Below, piece by piece: positions 1 to 14,538 of a DNA stretch of 64,000 nt. This stretch comes from the human T2T-CHM13v2.0 reference genome, Homo sapiens. The DNA lies in the NCBI RefSeq assembly GCF_009914755.1, contig NC_060937.1, one strand, 5' to 3'. Each line of letters opens with the position of its first letter. Position 1 is the stretch's first letter. The translations under genes were made by a program, and so were the position numbers. The notes under the pieces are model-generated. The model searched no databases and had not been told where the DNA came from. It saw only the letters and a list, made by a program, of their open reading frames with translations.

Positions 1-858
1 AACTTACATCACCCAAGCTCACCTGCGTAACAAAGTACTTTAGGGAAAAAAATATAAATGTTGATGCAATCCTTCTGCAAAAGGGCCACTTTGAGGAGGC
101 AACCCATTTGAAGGATAATGGCTAATGCTAAGGTGAATACTGCCATTTATGTGGAATGGTCAAGTGACTTACTCTCTACTGTCTGAATCAGAAAACAAAA
201 ATTCCCAGATTCTTCTGGGATCAACACTCACCTTGAAGATAAAGTGTCATTTAAATGAAAATATAATGACAAGCATCCAAGTGGGTCCTGATTTCTCAGA
301 GTTGGATTAGTCTTAATATTCATAACAAACCCAAAATATTAAAAATATGTAAGTAGATTTATTTATCTGTATTGTCTTTGTCAATTCTTTTATCAACATT
401 ATAAGGTAGAATACTAGCTCAACATGGTTGACAAAAAAGCTTCTCAGCATTTAAAGAAGTTGGTGACTTACCCATAGTCATATGCTTATAATTTGGAATA
501 AAGTGAGCCAGGGCTCAAATCTGGGTTCTAGATCCCAAGAATAGGTCGGTGTCCCCAGATGGGTTAATGGAATGGATTTCTGCATTCATTAGCTTTTTCT
601 TTCTTAATGACATCCAAGTTATTCTTTTTGTGTGCACAGTAAAGAAGGCCTCTATATCTTATACTGGACACTGTACTTTCTGCTTCAATTCTAATTCATT
701 TTTCAGCCGGTCTTACCATCTTATCAGATGATGCTCCAACAGCAACCATGTTCCTCCTTTTGGTTCTTGCTTTGCATTACATTAGATACAAACATAAACA
801 CCAAGACATTTGGATTTCACAGTCACTGAACATAAAGGCCATAGATTGAAAATCACGG

Positions 859-1160
859 GGCTGGGCGCAGTGGCTCATGCCTGTAATCCCAGCACTTTGG
901 GAGGCCAAGGCGGGTGGATCACCTGCGGTCAGGAGTTTGAAACCAGCCTGACCAACATGGCAAAACCCCGTCTCTACTAAAAATACAAAAATTAGCCAAG
1001 CATGGTGGTGGGCACCTGTAATCCCAACTACTCAGGAGGCTGAGGCAGGAGAATCACTTGAACCCAGAAGGTGGAGGTTGCAGTGAGCTGAGATCACACC
1101 ACTGAACTCCAGCCTGGGTCAGGGAGCGAGACTCCATCTCAAAAAAAAAAAAAAAAAGAA
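859..1160 (+). mobile_element. Full-length AluS
   Basis: Alu dimer with A tail. TSD GAAAATCAC at 848-856 and 1162-1170. Confidence 0.95.
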
Positions 1161-1190
1161 AGAAAATCACATCCCTTCTTTTCACAAGTC

Positions 1191-1635
1191 AGTCTGCAGG
1201 AAAACAGCCTGTTGCTTGGCAAGAGTGACACTGAAGTGAAACCTCAATGACAACCAGCGTTTGACTACTGCATACCGAAGTGTTCCCACAGCGTAGATAA
1301 CCCCCCATAAAGAAACAATGCCTATGGCATAGATAACCTTTCATAAAGACGTTTATCTCATCTCCCTAGAGGTCACAAGTTTTGGCAAGGAAGTGTGAGA
1401 TGTGACCAGCTGCACTTGTCTGTACCCTAAAAGCTTGCTATGTAAAGGCTGCTTTCTGGAGGGCAGGTGCAAAGATCCACCATCTCACAGCTGCCAGAGA
1501 CATGGCTTCTGTTTGTACGTCCCTATCAAATGTTTCTTTCTGAGAAACTGGACGTGTCAGCCTCTTTCCTCACCTCTTTTCTCAGCCTCTCACCCTGTGG
1601 GGTGGGGTTTGCATAGACCTGCTCACCGCGGAACA
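1191..1635 (+). mobile_element. Solo LTR, LTR47-like (ERVL)
   Basis: Resembles the recalled LTR47 consensus (caggaaaacagcctgttgc...tttgcatagacctgctcaccgcggaaca) and ends in CA. Confidence 0.7.
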
Positions 1636-1924
1636 CAGCCACTTTTACCTTGTTCATTTGTGAAAAATTAATAACTTCCCTGCTGAAAATTTCCAAGACT
1701 GTTAGGTACAATGTGCAATTAAACTTTGGATCTTCACTGGACGTTTACTGGAGAAGTAGTTAGCACGTGCCCCAGGCGCAGATAAAAAGGCAACGCAAGA
1801 CAGAGCTAAGGGAGTTATTGGCTTGTGGTCACCATGAGTCAACAGCAGCAAAATTTGATCAAGAGCCTCCACATCTTAAAAGTTCTTAGGCCATTACCTA
1901 AGCACACAGACATCAAGCTATGTT

Positions 1925-2980
1925 GTTCAGTCCTCAACCTAGGTGTCATCCTTGATTTCTCCCTTTCCACATCCAATGAATAATTAAAAAATAAGCAAAT
2001 GTGTATTGATTACCATTTTCTCAAAATTGTCATGGAGCTTTACATGGAGTAAATATTAATGCTTAAATTCTCATAGGAACACAATGTGGTAGGTATATGA
2101 GTATCATTCTCATCTTTCAGAAGGGAAGACTGAGGCCAGGGAAAGTTTAATAAGCTGCTCCAGGACTTCTCCTTAATAAGTAGCAAGTCCTCTGCCACTC
2201 TCCCCTATATCTATCCTGTGTCCTGCCCCTTCTCAAACGCCCGATCATCCCCCAGGCAGTCTCGTCTGCTGTCATTGCTTTCTTGTCTCTCTGCTTCTAC
2301 TCATATCATCACCAACAGCAAAGTAGGCAGCTGTCTTTTTAAAAATCAATCAGATCAAGCCATGCTCTTACTTAAAACCCTGTAATGACCCAGCACTTTG
2401 GGAGGCCAAGGTGGCTGGATCACTTGAGGTCAGGAGTTCAAGACCGGCCTTGCCAACATGGTGAAACCCCATCTCTACTAAAAATACAAAAATTAGCCGG
2501 GCAAATTTGATCAAGAGCCTCCACATCTTAAAAGTTCTTAGGCCATTACATAAGCACACAGACATCAAGCACACAGAGCAAATTAGCACAAGTGGCCCAC
2601 CCATAAGAATCACTTGAACCCAGGAGGCGGAGGTTGCAGTGAGCCAAGATTGCACCACTGCACTCCAGCCTGGATGGCAGAATAAAACTCTGTCTCCAAA
2701 AAAAAAAAAAAAAAAAAAGCCCCGTTAATGAATTCTCAAAAATCAATGTCCTTCCTATAGCCTATGAGGGCTTAAATGTCTGCTGACCTCTCACACTTCA
2801 TGACCACTCTCTCCTGTGTCTTGTCTCTGGCCACACTGACCACTTTTTCTGGAGCACATCAGCCTTGTTGCTGACATGAGAGCTTCACACTTGTGATTCC
2901 TTCCACCCAGAAATTCTACTTCCAGATCGTGGAAATGCCAGGCCTCTGGTAAACACCTAATAAATAATTGTTGAATGAAA
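1925..2980 (+). mobile_element. Degraded L2 fragments interrupted by a MIR-like segment and an Alu
   Basis: L2-like motifs (gtgtcatccttgatttctcc; cttaaaaccc; 3' end aataaataattgttgaatgaa). Confidence 0.55.
2389..2718 (+). mobile_element. 5'-truncated AluS with its right-arm start replaced by a local templated insertion
   Basis: Alu left arm to 2502, foreign sequence at 2503-2605, Alu resumes at agaatcacttgaacc, then A tail. Confidence 0.92.
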
Positions 2981-3929
2981 GGCAAGGTAAAAGAAAAGCA
3001 GAAAGGAAGCAAACCGGGCAGGCAGCTAATACCTGAAAAACAGTAAGTCTAGCATTTTAAGAGTAACTCGTGTCCTGTTTTGGCACTGAAATTTTGGAGA
3101 GAACTTCCCAAACCAAGTATGTATTTCCGGCCTCATCTAGAGAGTGTGCTAAATTTAACGGGGTAACAGATTCTGAAAGATCACCTCTCCACCTCTGGGT
3201 AGGTCTCACTGGCACAATGACCTCCATTAATACAGATAGAATAAGCATTTTTCACTGGTAACCGAGTCCCCCTTCACAGGTCAGATTTGCTGACAACCAT
3301 GAACTAATGTGGTTGTGAGTCTTGGGAATAATCTCCATTTTGAATTATTCTTTAGCTAGATTAAATACACCTATGAGGGGGAATTAATTAATAGGTAGAG
3401 AAGAGATGGCCAATCGTGTAGAACATTTCAAAGAGTTGGCAAAATTTGTGGTCCATCTGTTTAGCACTGGGCTCATAACACAGAATACAATCAATTGTTC
3501 ATTATTAATAATGTATTGACCTATACATAGTTCTATGACCTAACATGAAAAGTAGAGTATATAATTCTTTATTAATTATTTGGCACTTAAGAAAAAATTG
3601 CTGAGGCTAATTATTTGAAAACAGTGTATGTGACAGTAGACACATTTATTAAACAAAGATGGAAAAAGAAGCTAGTAAAGGGTTGGCTATCAGAGGACAA
3701 TGAGAGAGAGGATAGTATTGGTTTTGCTTTTGTTTTTGGCAGAGAAGTCAATAAAATAGCAGAAGTTTAAGCTTCAGGGTCTCGTAAGTGGCAGGGGAGC
3801 TACAGCCGATGCTGTAGATTCTCCAGCCAGTTCCTCTCTGTCCCTTTGCTGGTTCTGGACTCTCAATCTCCAGCTTCTGTTCGTGCTTTGCTCCCAATAG
3901 CTTATATTTGCAACGCTCTTCAGAGGACC

Positions 3930-4265
3930 CATGAGTGACTGGCATTACTCTGTCCCAGCTCTCTGACAGCTGAAGTGCCCCCTGGTGTGACCCACAGCCA
4001 GCGATGTACTTGTACTGGAGTGTGCACACCGGGCTTTCTTCCCTCCGGGTGGAACAAAGTCTGCAGTGTAATGATAATGAATGTTCCCAGCCCTGTGAGT
4101 TCAGGCTGAGGCTGAACCCTCATGACAAACTGCACCCTGCTGGGTGTTTACTCCTTCCCTACCTTGCTTTTCCACTTCCCCACTGTTTTTTCCTTGGCAC
4201 ATTTCCTCAATCACTTGAACTCAAATCCTCATCTCAGGATGCACTCTGGGGAACCAGATCTAAGG
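3930..4265 (+). mobile_element. Old ERVL LTR fragment (LTR16-like)
   Basis: The 3' end aaatcctcatctcagg...ctggggaacc resembles the LTR16-type terminus. Confidence 0.5.
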
Positions 4266-5084
4266 AGTGAATGAACAAAGACTTTCTTGCTTTTCTTTGT
4301 CAAGGGATCTGTAAGTTTCTACCATTGTCAGAAGCTAAGCCACCCCACCCGCCTACCCAAGCCCTGCTATCCCCTGAGAGAGGCAGAGCAGAGCTTTCGG
4401 CACCAGCTCTCTCCCACTCTCCCCACACTACCCTCTTCCTAGGGCAAATCCTTGTCTTGCTCAGGTGTAATTGTAATTTCTAGTCATTGTTATCTGGATC
4501 CATTCCTGTTTATGTCATAAAACAGGTAGTTAACGTATCAGGCTAAATGTCTATCAGATGAAAACTGGCAGAAAATTAAGCAAAGATCTTTAAAGAGTGT
4601 AACATAATAGCAGAAAATGTTTGAGGATATAAGAAAATATGGCCACCAATCAGACATATATGCAAGTTTGTGTGTATGATTTACAAAATTTGGGATTAAA
4701 ATTCAACAACTGGTTAAGGTCCAAAATGAGCTGTTAATGTTCAATGTGATTTAAAAGAAAAAGAGTCCTTCATTTAAGACATGAAGGCTTTTTCATTTAC
4801 TAAGTAATTTTTAAAATAATTATTAATTCAAAAAGTGATTTAATATGAATTTGTTCTAGTATTACAAATTATATTGAGATATAGCCAGCCAATCAAAGTA
4901 GCCTCAAAAAATATACAAAAGTACATATGCATACATGTCTTTTGAGAAAAATGGTCAAGATCAGTCTAGTTAGAGTAAGGTGTGTCAATAGAATTTAAGC
5001 AAATCTGAAAAAATACTGTCATCCAACCCTGATTCTTGATTTTCTTCTTCCCTTCCTTTTTCCTTTCCTCGCTCCCTCTCTCAA

Positions 5085-5600
5085 TTTATTCATTGATTCA
5101 ACAAACATTCAGTGAGTGCCAGCTCCAACTATGAATGAATCACTGGGTACTGGGAGCTTTGTTGGGAATAATATAATTCCTGCTATCAAGAAGCTTATTG
5201 TCTAGTCAAGGAAATAAGCATTAAGCAATAATGAGACATTTCTATACTGATAATTGTGATATGTGCTTTGAAGAAAAAAATCCAGGATGCGAAGGCAGCA
5301 TATTGCAAGTGATCTACGTAGTGCGGTCAGGTCAGTGAAAGAGAGCCTTAAATTAGAAGTGAGATCTAAGCCAAGACCTGCAGATGTTCAGGAGTGAGCC
5401 AAGCGTGAATGTGGGGGGCCAGGGAACAGTATGCTTGGAGTGAGGGGATGGGAAATATAATGGAGAAATGCAGACAGATTTGGGTCTTGCTAAAGTATTG
5501 CTCAAGTAAGAGATGGATCCCATTTTGGGTGTAAAGCAAGGGATGGGTTTGGGTATGACCACCTCTAGAGTTCGGAGCTTGAAGCCTGAAAATTCCCTCT
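5085..5600 (-). mobile_element. Degraded L2 3' region
   Basis: Begins with attcattgattcaacaaacatt (L2 tail, reverse strand), followed by L2-like sequence. Confidence 0.55.
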
Positions 5601-7209
5601 TTGAAACTGTCATTTGTATTGTTGGGTAGGAATATGAGGTATTTAACAGTCACAAATAAATCTTAAGCTCCTGCTACCTGTTTTGCTATGTTATAGAAGC
5701 TGGAAACGCAGCCGGGAACAATACAGACAGAGTCTTTGGTCTCATGAAGCTTACTTTCCAGTTCATATCACTCACATCAGCTGTATTATTCTGAAACATT
5801 CCTTGTATATTACACATGTTTTGTAGAAATTCAGTTCAATGAAATAAACCAGATACAATAGGATTTTTTCATAAAACTATAAATGTGAAAGCAAAACATC
5901 CAGAATTCTGTGAGAGATTAAAGGTTTACCAGGCACAGGCTTGTCACTTTGAACTTCTCCAAAGGAAAAGGAAAAATAGATTTTTCTCTCTGAGCATGAT
6001 CCTATTGTTAAAACCTATGTGCTCAATAACAAGAAATTAGCACCATGTTTTACAGTCATAGAAAAAAAGTGTTTCTGCATACTCTTCATGAGTAGTAATG
6101 AAACTAAATAAAACCAGGAAATACAGGGCCATTCTTCCATGGCCTCCCTCTATGCCTGTCATGGCAATAAATGCTTGTTATTATAATGCAAACAGAAAGC
6201 ATTTTTCCAGAGGGCAAGTTTTGTCTGTGATCCTTTCAGGAAATTAGAGAAGGAAATCTGTTTAAACTTTCCCTTTTGCTCTCCGTAATGCTCCATCAAA
6301 CAGGACTCCAAGCTTGCTTGGTTGGCAAATTACTGCTTTCAACAATGGGGAATACTATTCTTGACAGATAAAATAGAGGTTAATGGGACAGAAAGCAGCA
6401 TACCATAGCCACCTGCCAAGTCGACAGAAAAAGACTGTGGCGGAATTCCAGGGCAGCCCCAGAGTAGAGATAGGGGTGGGGAGGGATGTTGCTGATTTCT
6501 TACGGTGGCTCAAATTAGTTTTTAGTATAGCTTTTGGAAGTGATAGAGACAGAAAGAGAGGTACAAAGAATCCAGTCTTATTACATATAACAATGGAATT
6601 CCAGTGATCGTTTCATCTTTTAAGGACACTGGAGTTTAACCTCTGCCTTTTCATTAATTTGTTCAATTAACAATTTGGAGCCTACCAAGTGTGACTGTCT
6701 GCTTATTTCAATGTTCTATTCGGGCACTCAGTATGATGACCTGATCACAACAACCGATACACATTTGTGGCATGAATGGATATCAGACGTTATACTTGTG
6801 CTAAGAATAGAAATACAAAATTAATCGTCATATAACAGCTGTCATATATAGACAGCAAGTGAAGGGCTACAAGTTATGAAGGGGTCTCTCCTTTAATCAT
6901 TTTTGTCTAGGATCCTTGATCTGTTTATACTTTCCAACATTATTCTCACTTTGAAGATGCAGAAACTGAAGGATAAGTAACTTACCCATTATCTCAAATA
7001 AATAGCAAAGCTTGAACTCGGAACTTGGGTCAAACTGATTCCAGAGTTTTTTCCTGTGCTCAGATAATGTATAAAAAAAGATCTTAATCAAATGCATTTT
7101 TCTCATTTGTTAAATAGTACTTGTCTTGGCACTTATATGCCCGAGAAAAAAATAAAACATATTTTACCTTACCCCTTCAATTTGCCAGTCTTCTTAGAAG
7201 ACTACATGC

Positions 7210-7640
7210 TGTTAAAGTGAACTAAATATGTCCTGGGAATAACTCTGTACTTCTATATTTGAGTCCTTGTGGATGAACTATAACCTAGCTTAATAGGCAG
7301 ACAAGATTGAAAACCTAACTTAGGAGTACGCACCCGTAATAATTGCTGAGTCTTCGCCAGTCCCAGCAGCCATAGTTCAACCACTCATATACTGCTGAGT
7401 GTTCAAACTATATTCAAATAAAGCAAACACCAAACTGTACCCAATCCAGTTGTTTCTGTACCTCACTTCTGATTTTTGTATGTTACGTTCCTTTTTTGTC
7501 TATAAATTTGTACTGACCATGAGGCACCCCAGTAGTCTCTCTGAATCTGTTGTGATACAGGGGGGCTGCCTGATTTGCGAATTGTTCATTGCTCAATTAA
7601 ACTCCTTTAAATTTAATTCAGCCAAAGTTTTACTTTGACA
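7210..7640 (+). mobile_element. Solo ERV1 LTR, MER57-family
   Basis: TG...CA termini with a perfect 4-bp TSD ATGC (7206-7209, 7641-7644). Matches the recalled MER57 consensus. Confidence 0.85.
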
Positions 7641-8436
7641 ATGCCCATGTTCAACAGCATGGTTTCAATTGCTAAAGGTCTGCACCTTGCAAAGACTTGA
7701 CAGCCCCAATTCCTGAGGCAATGAAACCACACTTGGCACCTTTGGCAATGCATCTTCTTTAAGGATGTGGAAATGTGATGTCTAAAATAAGCTTGCTTGA
7801 GGAACAGATAACTAATGCTACCTGCAGGAGAAACTGCCTCTAGATATGGTCCCAGACTGAATGTTTTTGACCCTACCTTGACTCTGTGTGAGCCCTAGCT
7901 GATTAAGAGCTTCAGCTCCTGGATACACTTTAGTTCCACTCCAGAGCTGCTGTCTGCCTATGAACCCTCAGAAGTTTGGCTGGTGCCACCATACCATCCT
8001 AACTTTCACCCAGAGACTCCATGGTAGCGCCCTCCACTGTGTACTGTATTGCTCTGGAAAGCGCAGCACAGGACACTGTAACTCGGGCAGTTCCTGCCCT
8101 CTGACTGCATGCCATTTATCACAAAACCTCCATGTTTACAGTTTCTTTTCTTGAACTTGAGCTCCATGGGATCCCCATTTCTCTTTCCCCACAAAGTCAC
8201 TGCTGAGCACCCATAATGCCTTGTAGCCATAGTGTCTGAGTCAGGATATGATAAGCTGACTGACTTCATTTATCCAGGCAGAATATCTTTTGTCTGTGAT
8301 ATTTTGAAAATTTTAACATGTTAATATTTAAATGTAAAGTTTGGGTAAAAAAGGATACATATTAGATTGTATCCTTGTTGCTGTATTAATAATGAAGGCA
8401 GGAAGGTTGAAGGATCAGTAGAAAGAGGGAAAACAT

Positions 8437-8935
<499 letters not shown>

Positions 8936-9096
8936 TCCTAAATAAAACTTTTAATGAGACAAGTAGTAAAAATGATTTGTCATATGCCTATAAAGAGAAG
9001 ACCACCCAAACTTGGTTGGTGGGCAGAAAATGTAGAAGTAAAACGGCTGAGAGAAGAATGTTTGTGGGGTGTGGTGCTTTTTAAAAGCTACTTTGC

Positions 9097-9452
<356 letters not shown>

Positions 9453-12400
9453 CTATACACAACTCCAAGGCGTCTATTTATTTTGCATTCTATGGGCTTC
9501 CTAATGGATGTGCCCTGGGGGTGAGGTGCTGCACACATGCATATAATGGGAATACCGCTCCCTGCACAGTATTCCCCAAAAGAATAGGTAGTGAGAAGGT
9601 GTGTGTAATGGTAGAATCTCACAAATCCCATGCATTGAGTCTATTTTCAAAATATCCCAGGAGGCCATCTTGATGCTTCCAAAGTCACCAGAGCAGCACT
9701 GCAGTGGGTGGGACCAGTATTTCCTCTCAAGAACTGCAGCTCTCCACTGCTGCTGTGAATGCACTGAAATATGAAAGAAGTGTGCCACTGAGTAAGAGCC
9801 TATCTGCCAGCCCTTACATGTATGCACCGTCCACTGGATTGCAGCCTGAATTACACCATCAAACAAAAATTCTTTCACCACACATCACTGGTGAAGTGCA
9901 GGAATCTAGCCACAAATAAAGATCCTGCACAGAGTCTTGGGCCTCTGAAAGCACCCAGAAGAAGCCAATTGACTGTACATGACATACACCACAGTCAAAC
10001 CCTCAGACAAATAAAGAATATAAAAAAATAAAAAGCCCCACCCAAGCAACAACAATTTCAAAAAGATAAAAGAACACCAGCCCTCTCAGATGAAAAATAA
10101 TCAGGCAAGAACTCTGGCAATTCAGAAAGTCAGAGGGTCTCCTTACTTCCAAATGACCGTACTAGCTCTCCGGAAATGGTTGCTAACCAGATTAAAATGG
10201 CTCAAATAACAGACACAGAATTCAGAATATGGATGGGAAAGAAGTTCAACAAGATTCAGCAGAAAGTTAAAATCCAACCCGAGGAAACCAGTAAAATAAT
10301 CCAAGGAAACCAGTAAAATAATCCAAGAGATTAAAAAGACACGGCCATTTTAAGAAAGAACCAAACTGAACTTGTGAAATTGAAAAATTCACTGCACGAA
10401 TTTCGTAATACAGTTGGAAGCATTAATAACAGAATAGACCAAGCTGAGGAAAGAATCTCAGAGCTCAAAGACCAGTCTGATGAATCAACTCATTCAGGAA
10501 AAAATAAAGAAAAAGGATGAAAAAGAATGAACAAAACCTTTGAGAAATATGGGACTATGGAAAGAGGCCACACCTACGACTCACTGGCATTTCTGAGAAA
10601 GAAGGAGAGAGAGTAAGCAATCTGGAAAACACAGTTGAGGATATAGTCTATGAAAATTTCCACAATCTCACTAGGGAAGTCAACATTCAAATTCAAAAAA
10701 TTCTAAAAACCCCAGCAAGGTACCATACTAGATGCATAGTGATCAGACTCTCCAAGGTTGACATGAAAGAAAAAAATCTTAAAGGCCATTACATAAAAGG
10801 GTCAGGTCACTTACAAAGGGAGCCTCATCAGGCTAACAGCAGATTTCTTAGCAGAAAATTTACAAGCCAGGAGAGATTAGGGGCCTATTTTCAGTATCCT
10901 TAAAGGAAACAAATTCCAACCAAGAATTTCATTCTAGCCAAACTAAACTTCACAAGCAAAGGAGAAATAAAATCCTTCTTAGTGAAGCAAATGCTAAAGA
11001 AATTCATTACCACCAGACCAGCCTTACCAGATGTCCTTCCTCTAAACATGGAAATGAACGAGTAGTACCTGATACCACAAAAACACATTTAAGTACCTAG
11101 TACACATATCCTATAAAATAATCACACAATCAAGTATAAAACAACCAGCTAACAACATGATAACATGATCAAAACCTCACATATCAATATAAACCTTGAA
11201 TGTAAATGGTACAAATGCCCCACTTAGAAGGTACAGAGTGGCAAGTTGGGTAAAACAAATAAGACCCAGCCATCTGCTGTCTTCAAGAGACCCATCTCAC
11301 ATGTAATAACAACCATGGGCTCAAAGTAAAGGGAGGAAGAAAGATGTATTGTGCAAATGGAAAACAAAAAAGAGCAGGGGTTGCTATTCTTATGTCCAAT
11401 AAAACAGACTTCAAACCAACCACAGTGAACAAGGACAAAGAAGGGCATTACATAACGATAAAGGGTTCAATTCAACAAGAAGACTTAACTATCCTCAGTG
11501 TATAAACACCCAACATTAGAGCACCTCGATTAATAGAAGAAGCACTTCTAAACCCATGAAAAGATTTAGACAGTCACACAAAAATAGTGAGGGGTTTCAA
11601 GATCCCACTGACAGTGTTAGGCAGATCATTAAGGCAGAAAACCAAAAAAAGAAATTCTGGATTTAAACTCAACATGACCAATTTGACCTAACAGACACCT
11701 GCAGAATATTCCACTTAATGCACATTATTTTCATCTGTGCAAGGAACATATGCTAAGATTGACCACATGTTCAGCGATAAAGCACGTCTCAATAAATTTT
11801 TAAAAAGTAAAATCATACCAAGCACATTCTCTGACCATACTGAAATAAAAATAGAAATTGATACCATGAAGATCTCTCAAAACCACATAATTACATGAAA
11901 ATTAACTTACTCCTGAATAACTTTTGCATAAACAATGAAATTAAGGCAGAAATTTAAAAAATCCTTTTAAATCAATGAAAACAGAGACACAACATAACAA
12001 AATATCTGAGATGCAGCAAAAGAAGTGTTGAGAGGACACTTTATAACGCAAAATGCCTACATCAAGAAGTTAGAAAGATCTCAAGTTAATAATCTAACAT
12101 CATATCTGTGGGAAAAGAAAAACTAGAAAAAACTAACACCAAAGCAAACATAAGAAAACAAATAAATCACAGCAGAACTAAACAAAATTGAGATGTAAAA
12201 ATTCATACAAAAGATCAATCAAACCAAAACTTGGTTCTTTGGAAGGATGCACATGATAGATAGACTGCTAGCTAGATTAACAAAGAAAAAGCGAGAGGAT
12301 CCAAAACAGCACAATCAGAATTGACAAAGATGACATTATAACCAATCCCACAGAAATACGAAAGACTCTCACAAACTATTATGAACATCTCCATGCACAC

Positions 12401-12539
12401 AAAGTCATTAATCTAGAGGAAATAGGTAAATTCCTGGAAACACACAACTTCTCAAGATTAAACAAGGAAGAAATTGAACCCTGAACAGACCAATAATGAG
12501 TTCTGAAATTGAATCAGAAACTTAAAAAGCTACCAATCA

Positions 12540-13017
<478 letters not shown>

Positions 13018-14538
13018 CTATGACAAACCCACAGCCAACATCATACTCAATGGGCAAAACCTAGAAGCATTCCCCTTGAGAACTGGAACAAGACAAAGAC
13101 GCCAACTTTCACCACTCCTATTCAACATAGTACTGGGCTCCCTAGCCAGAGCAACCAGCCAAGGGAAAGTAACAAATGGCATCCAAATAAGAAAAGTATA
13201 AGTCAAACTATCTCTCTTTGCTGGTGATATGATTCTATACCTAGAAAACCCTTAAGACTCTGTCAAAAGCTTCCTAGTACTCTTCAATTACTTCAGTAAA
13301 GGTTCAGGATACAAAATCAATGCAGAAAAATCAGTAGCATTTTTATACACCAATCATATTCAAGTTGAGAGCCAAATCAAGAATGTGATCTCATTTAAAA
13401 TAGCCACAAAAAATAAAATACCTAGGAATACATGTAACCAAGAAGTGAAAGATTTCTACAAAAAGAACTACAAAATACTGTTGAAAGAAATCATCGATGA
13501 CACAAACAAACGGAAAAACATTCCATGCTCATAAATTGGAAGAAATCAGAAACTTAAAAAGCTACCAACCATTAATATCAATATCATTAAAATAACCATG
13601 CTGCTCAAAGCAATCTACCAACTTTGTAGGTTGGTAGATACTGCTCAGAGCAACCTATCAACTACTAACATCATTGTTCATACAATTAGAAAAAAAATTC
13701 TAAAATTCGTATGGAACCAAAAAAGAGCCCGAATAACCAAAGCAATCCTAAGAAAAAAGAATAAAGCTGGAGGCATCACATTACCTGACTTCAACTATAC
13801 AACAAATTTACAAAAACCAAAACAGCATGGTACTGGTACAAAAACAGACACAGAGACCAATGGAACAGAATAGAGAACCTAGAAATAAAACTGCACACCT
13901 ACAACCATCTGATCTTTGGCAAAGTAAACAAAAGTAAGCAATGGGGAAACGATTCCCTATTTGATAAATGGTGCTCGTATAACTGGCTATCCATATGCAG
14001 AGGAATAAAAGTGGACACCTTCCTTATAGCATATGCAAAAATTAACTCGAGAGATTAAAGATTTAGATGTAAGACCTCAAACTATAAAAATTCTAGATGA
14101 AAACCTAGTGAACACCCTTTCAACATAGGTGTGGGTAAAGAATTTGTGGCTAAGTCCTCAAAAACAATTGTAATTAAAAAAAACAACATGTGGGACCTTA
14201 TTAAACTAAAGAGGTTTTGCATAACAAGAGAAATGATCAACGGAGTAAACAGCCTACAGAATGGGAGAAAATATTCACAAACAATGCATCTGACAAAGGC
14301 CTAATATCCAGAATCTGTAAGAAACTTAAACAATTCAACAAGGAAAAACCAAATAACCACATTAATAAGTGGGCAAAGGACATGAACAGAAACTTCTCAC
14401 AAGAAGATATACAAGCGGCCAACAAACATGTGAAAGAAAAAATGCTCATCATCACTAATCATCAGAAAATTCAAGTCAAAACTACAAGATACCATCTCAC
14501 ACCAGTCAGAATGACTTTTGTTAAAAAGTGAAAAAATA

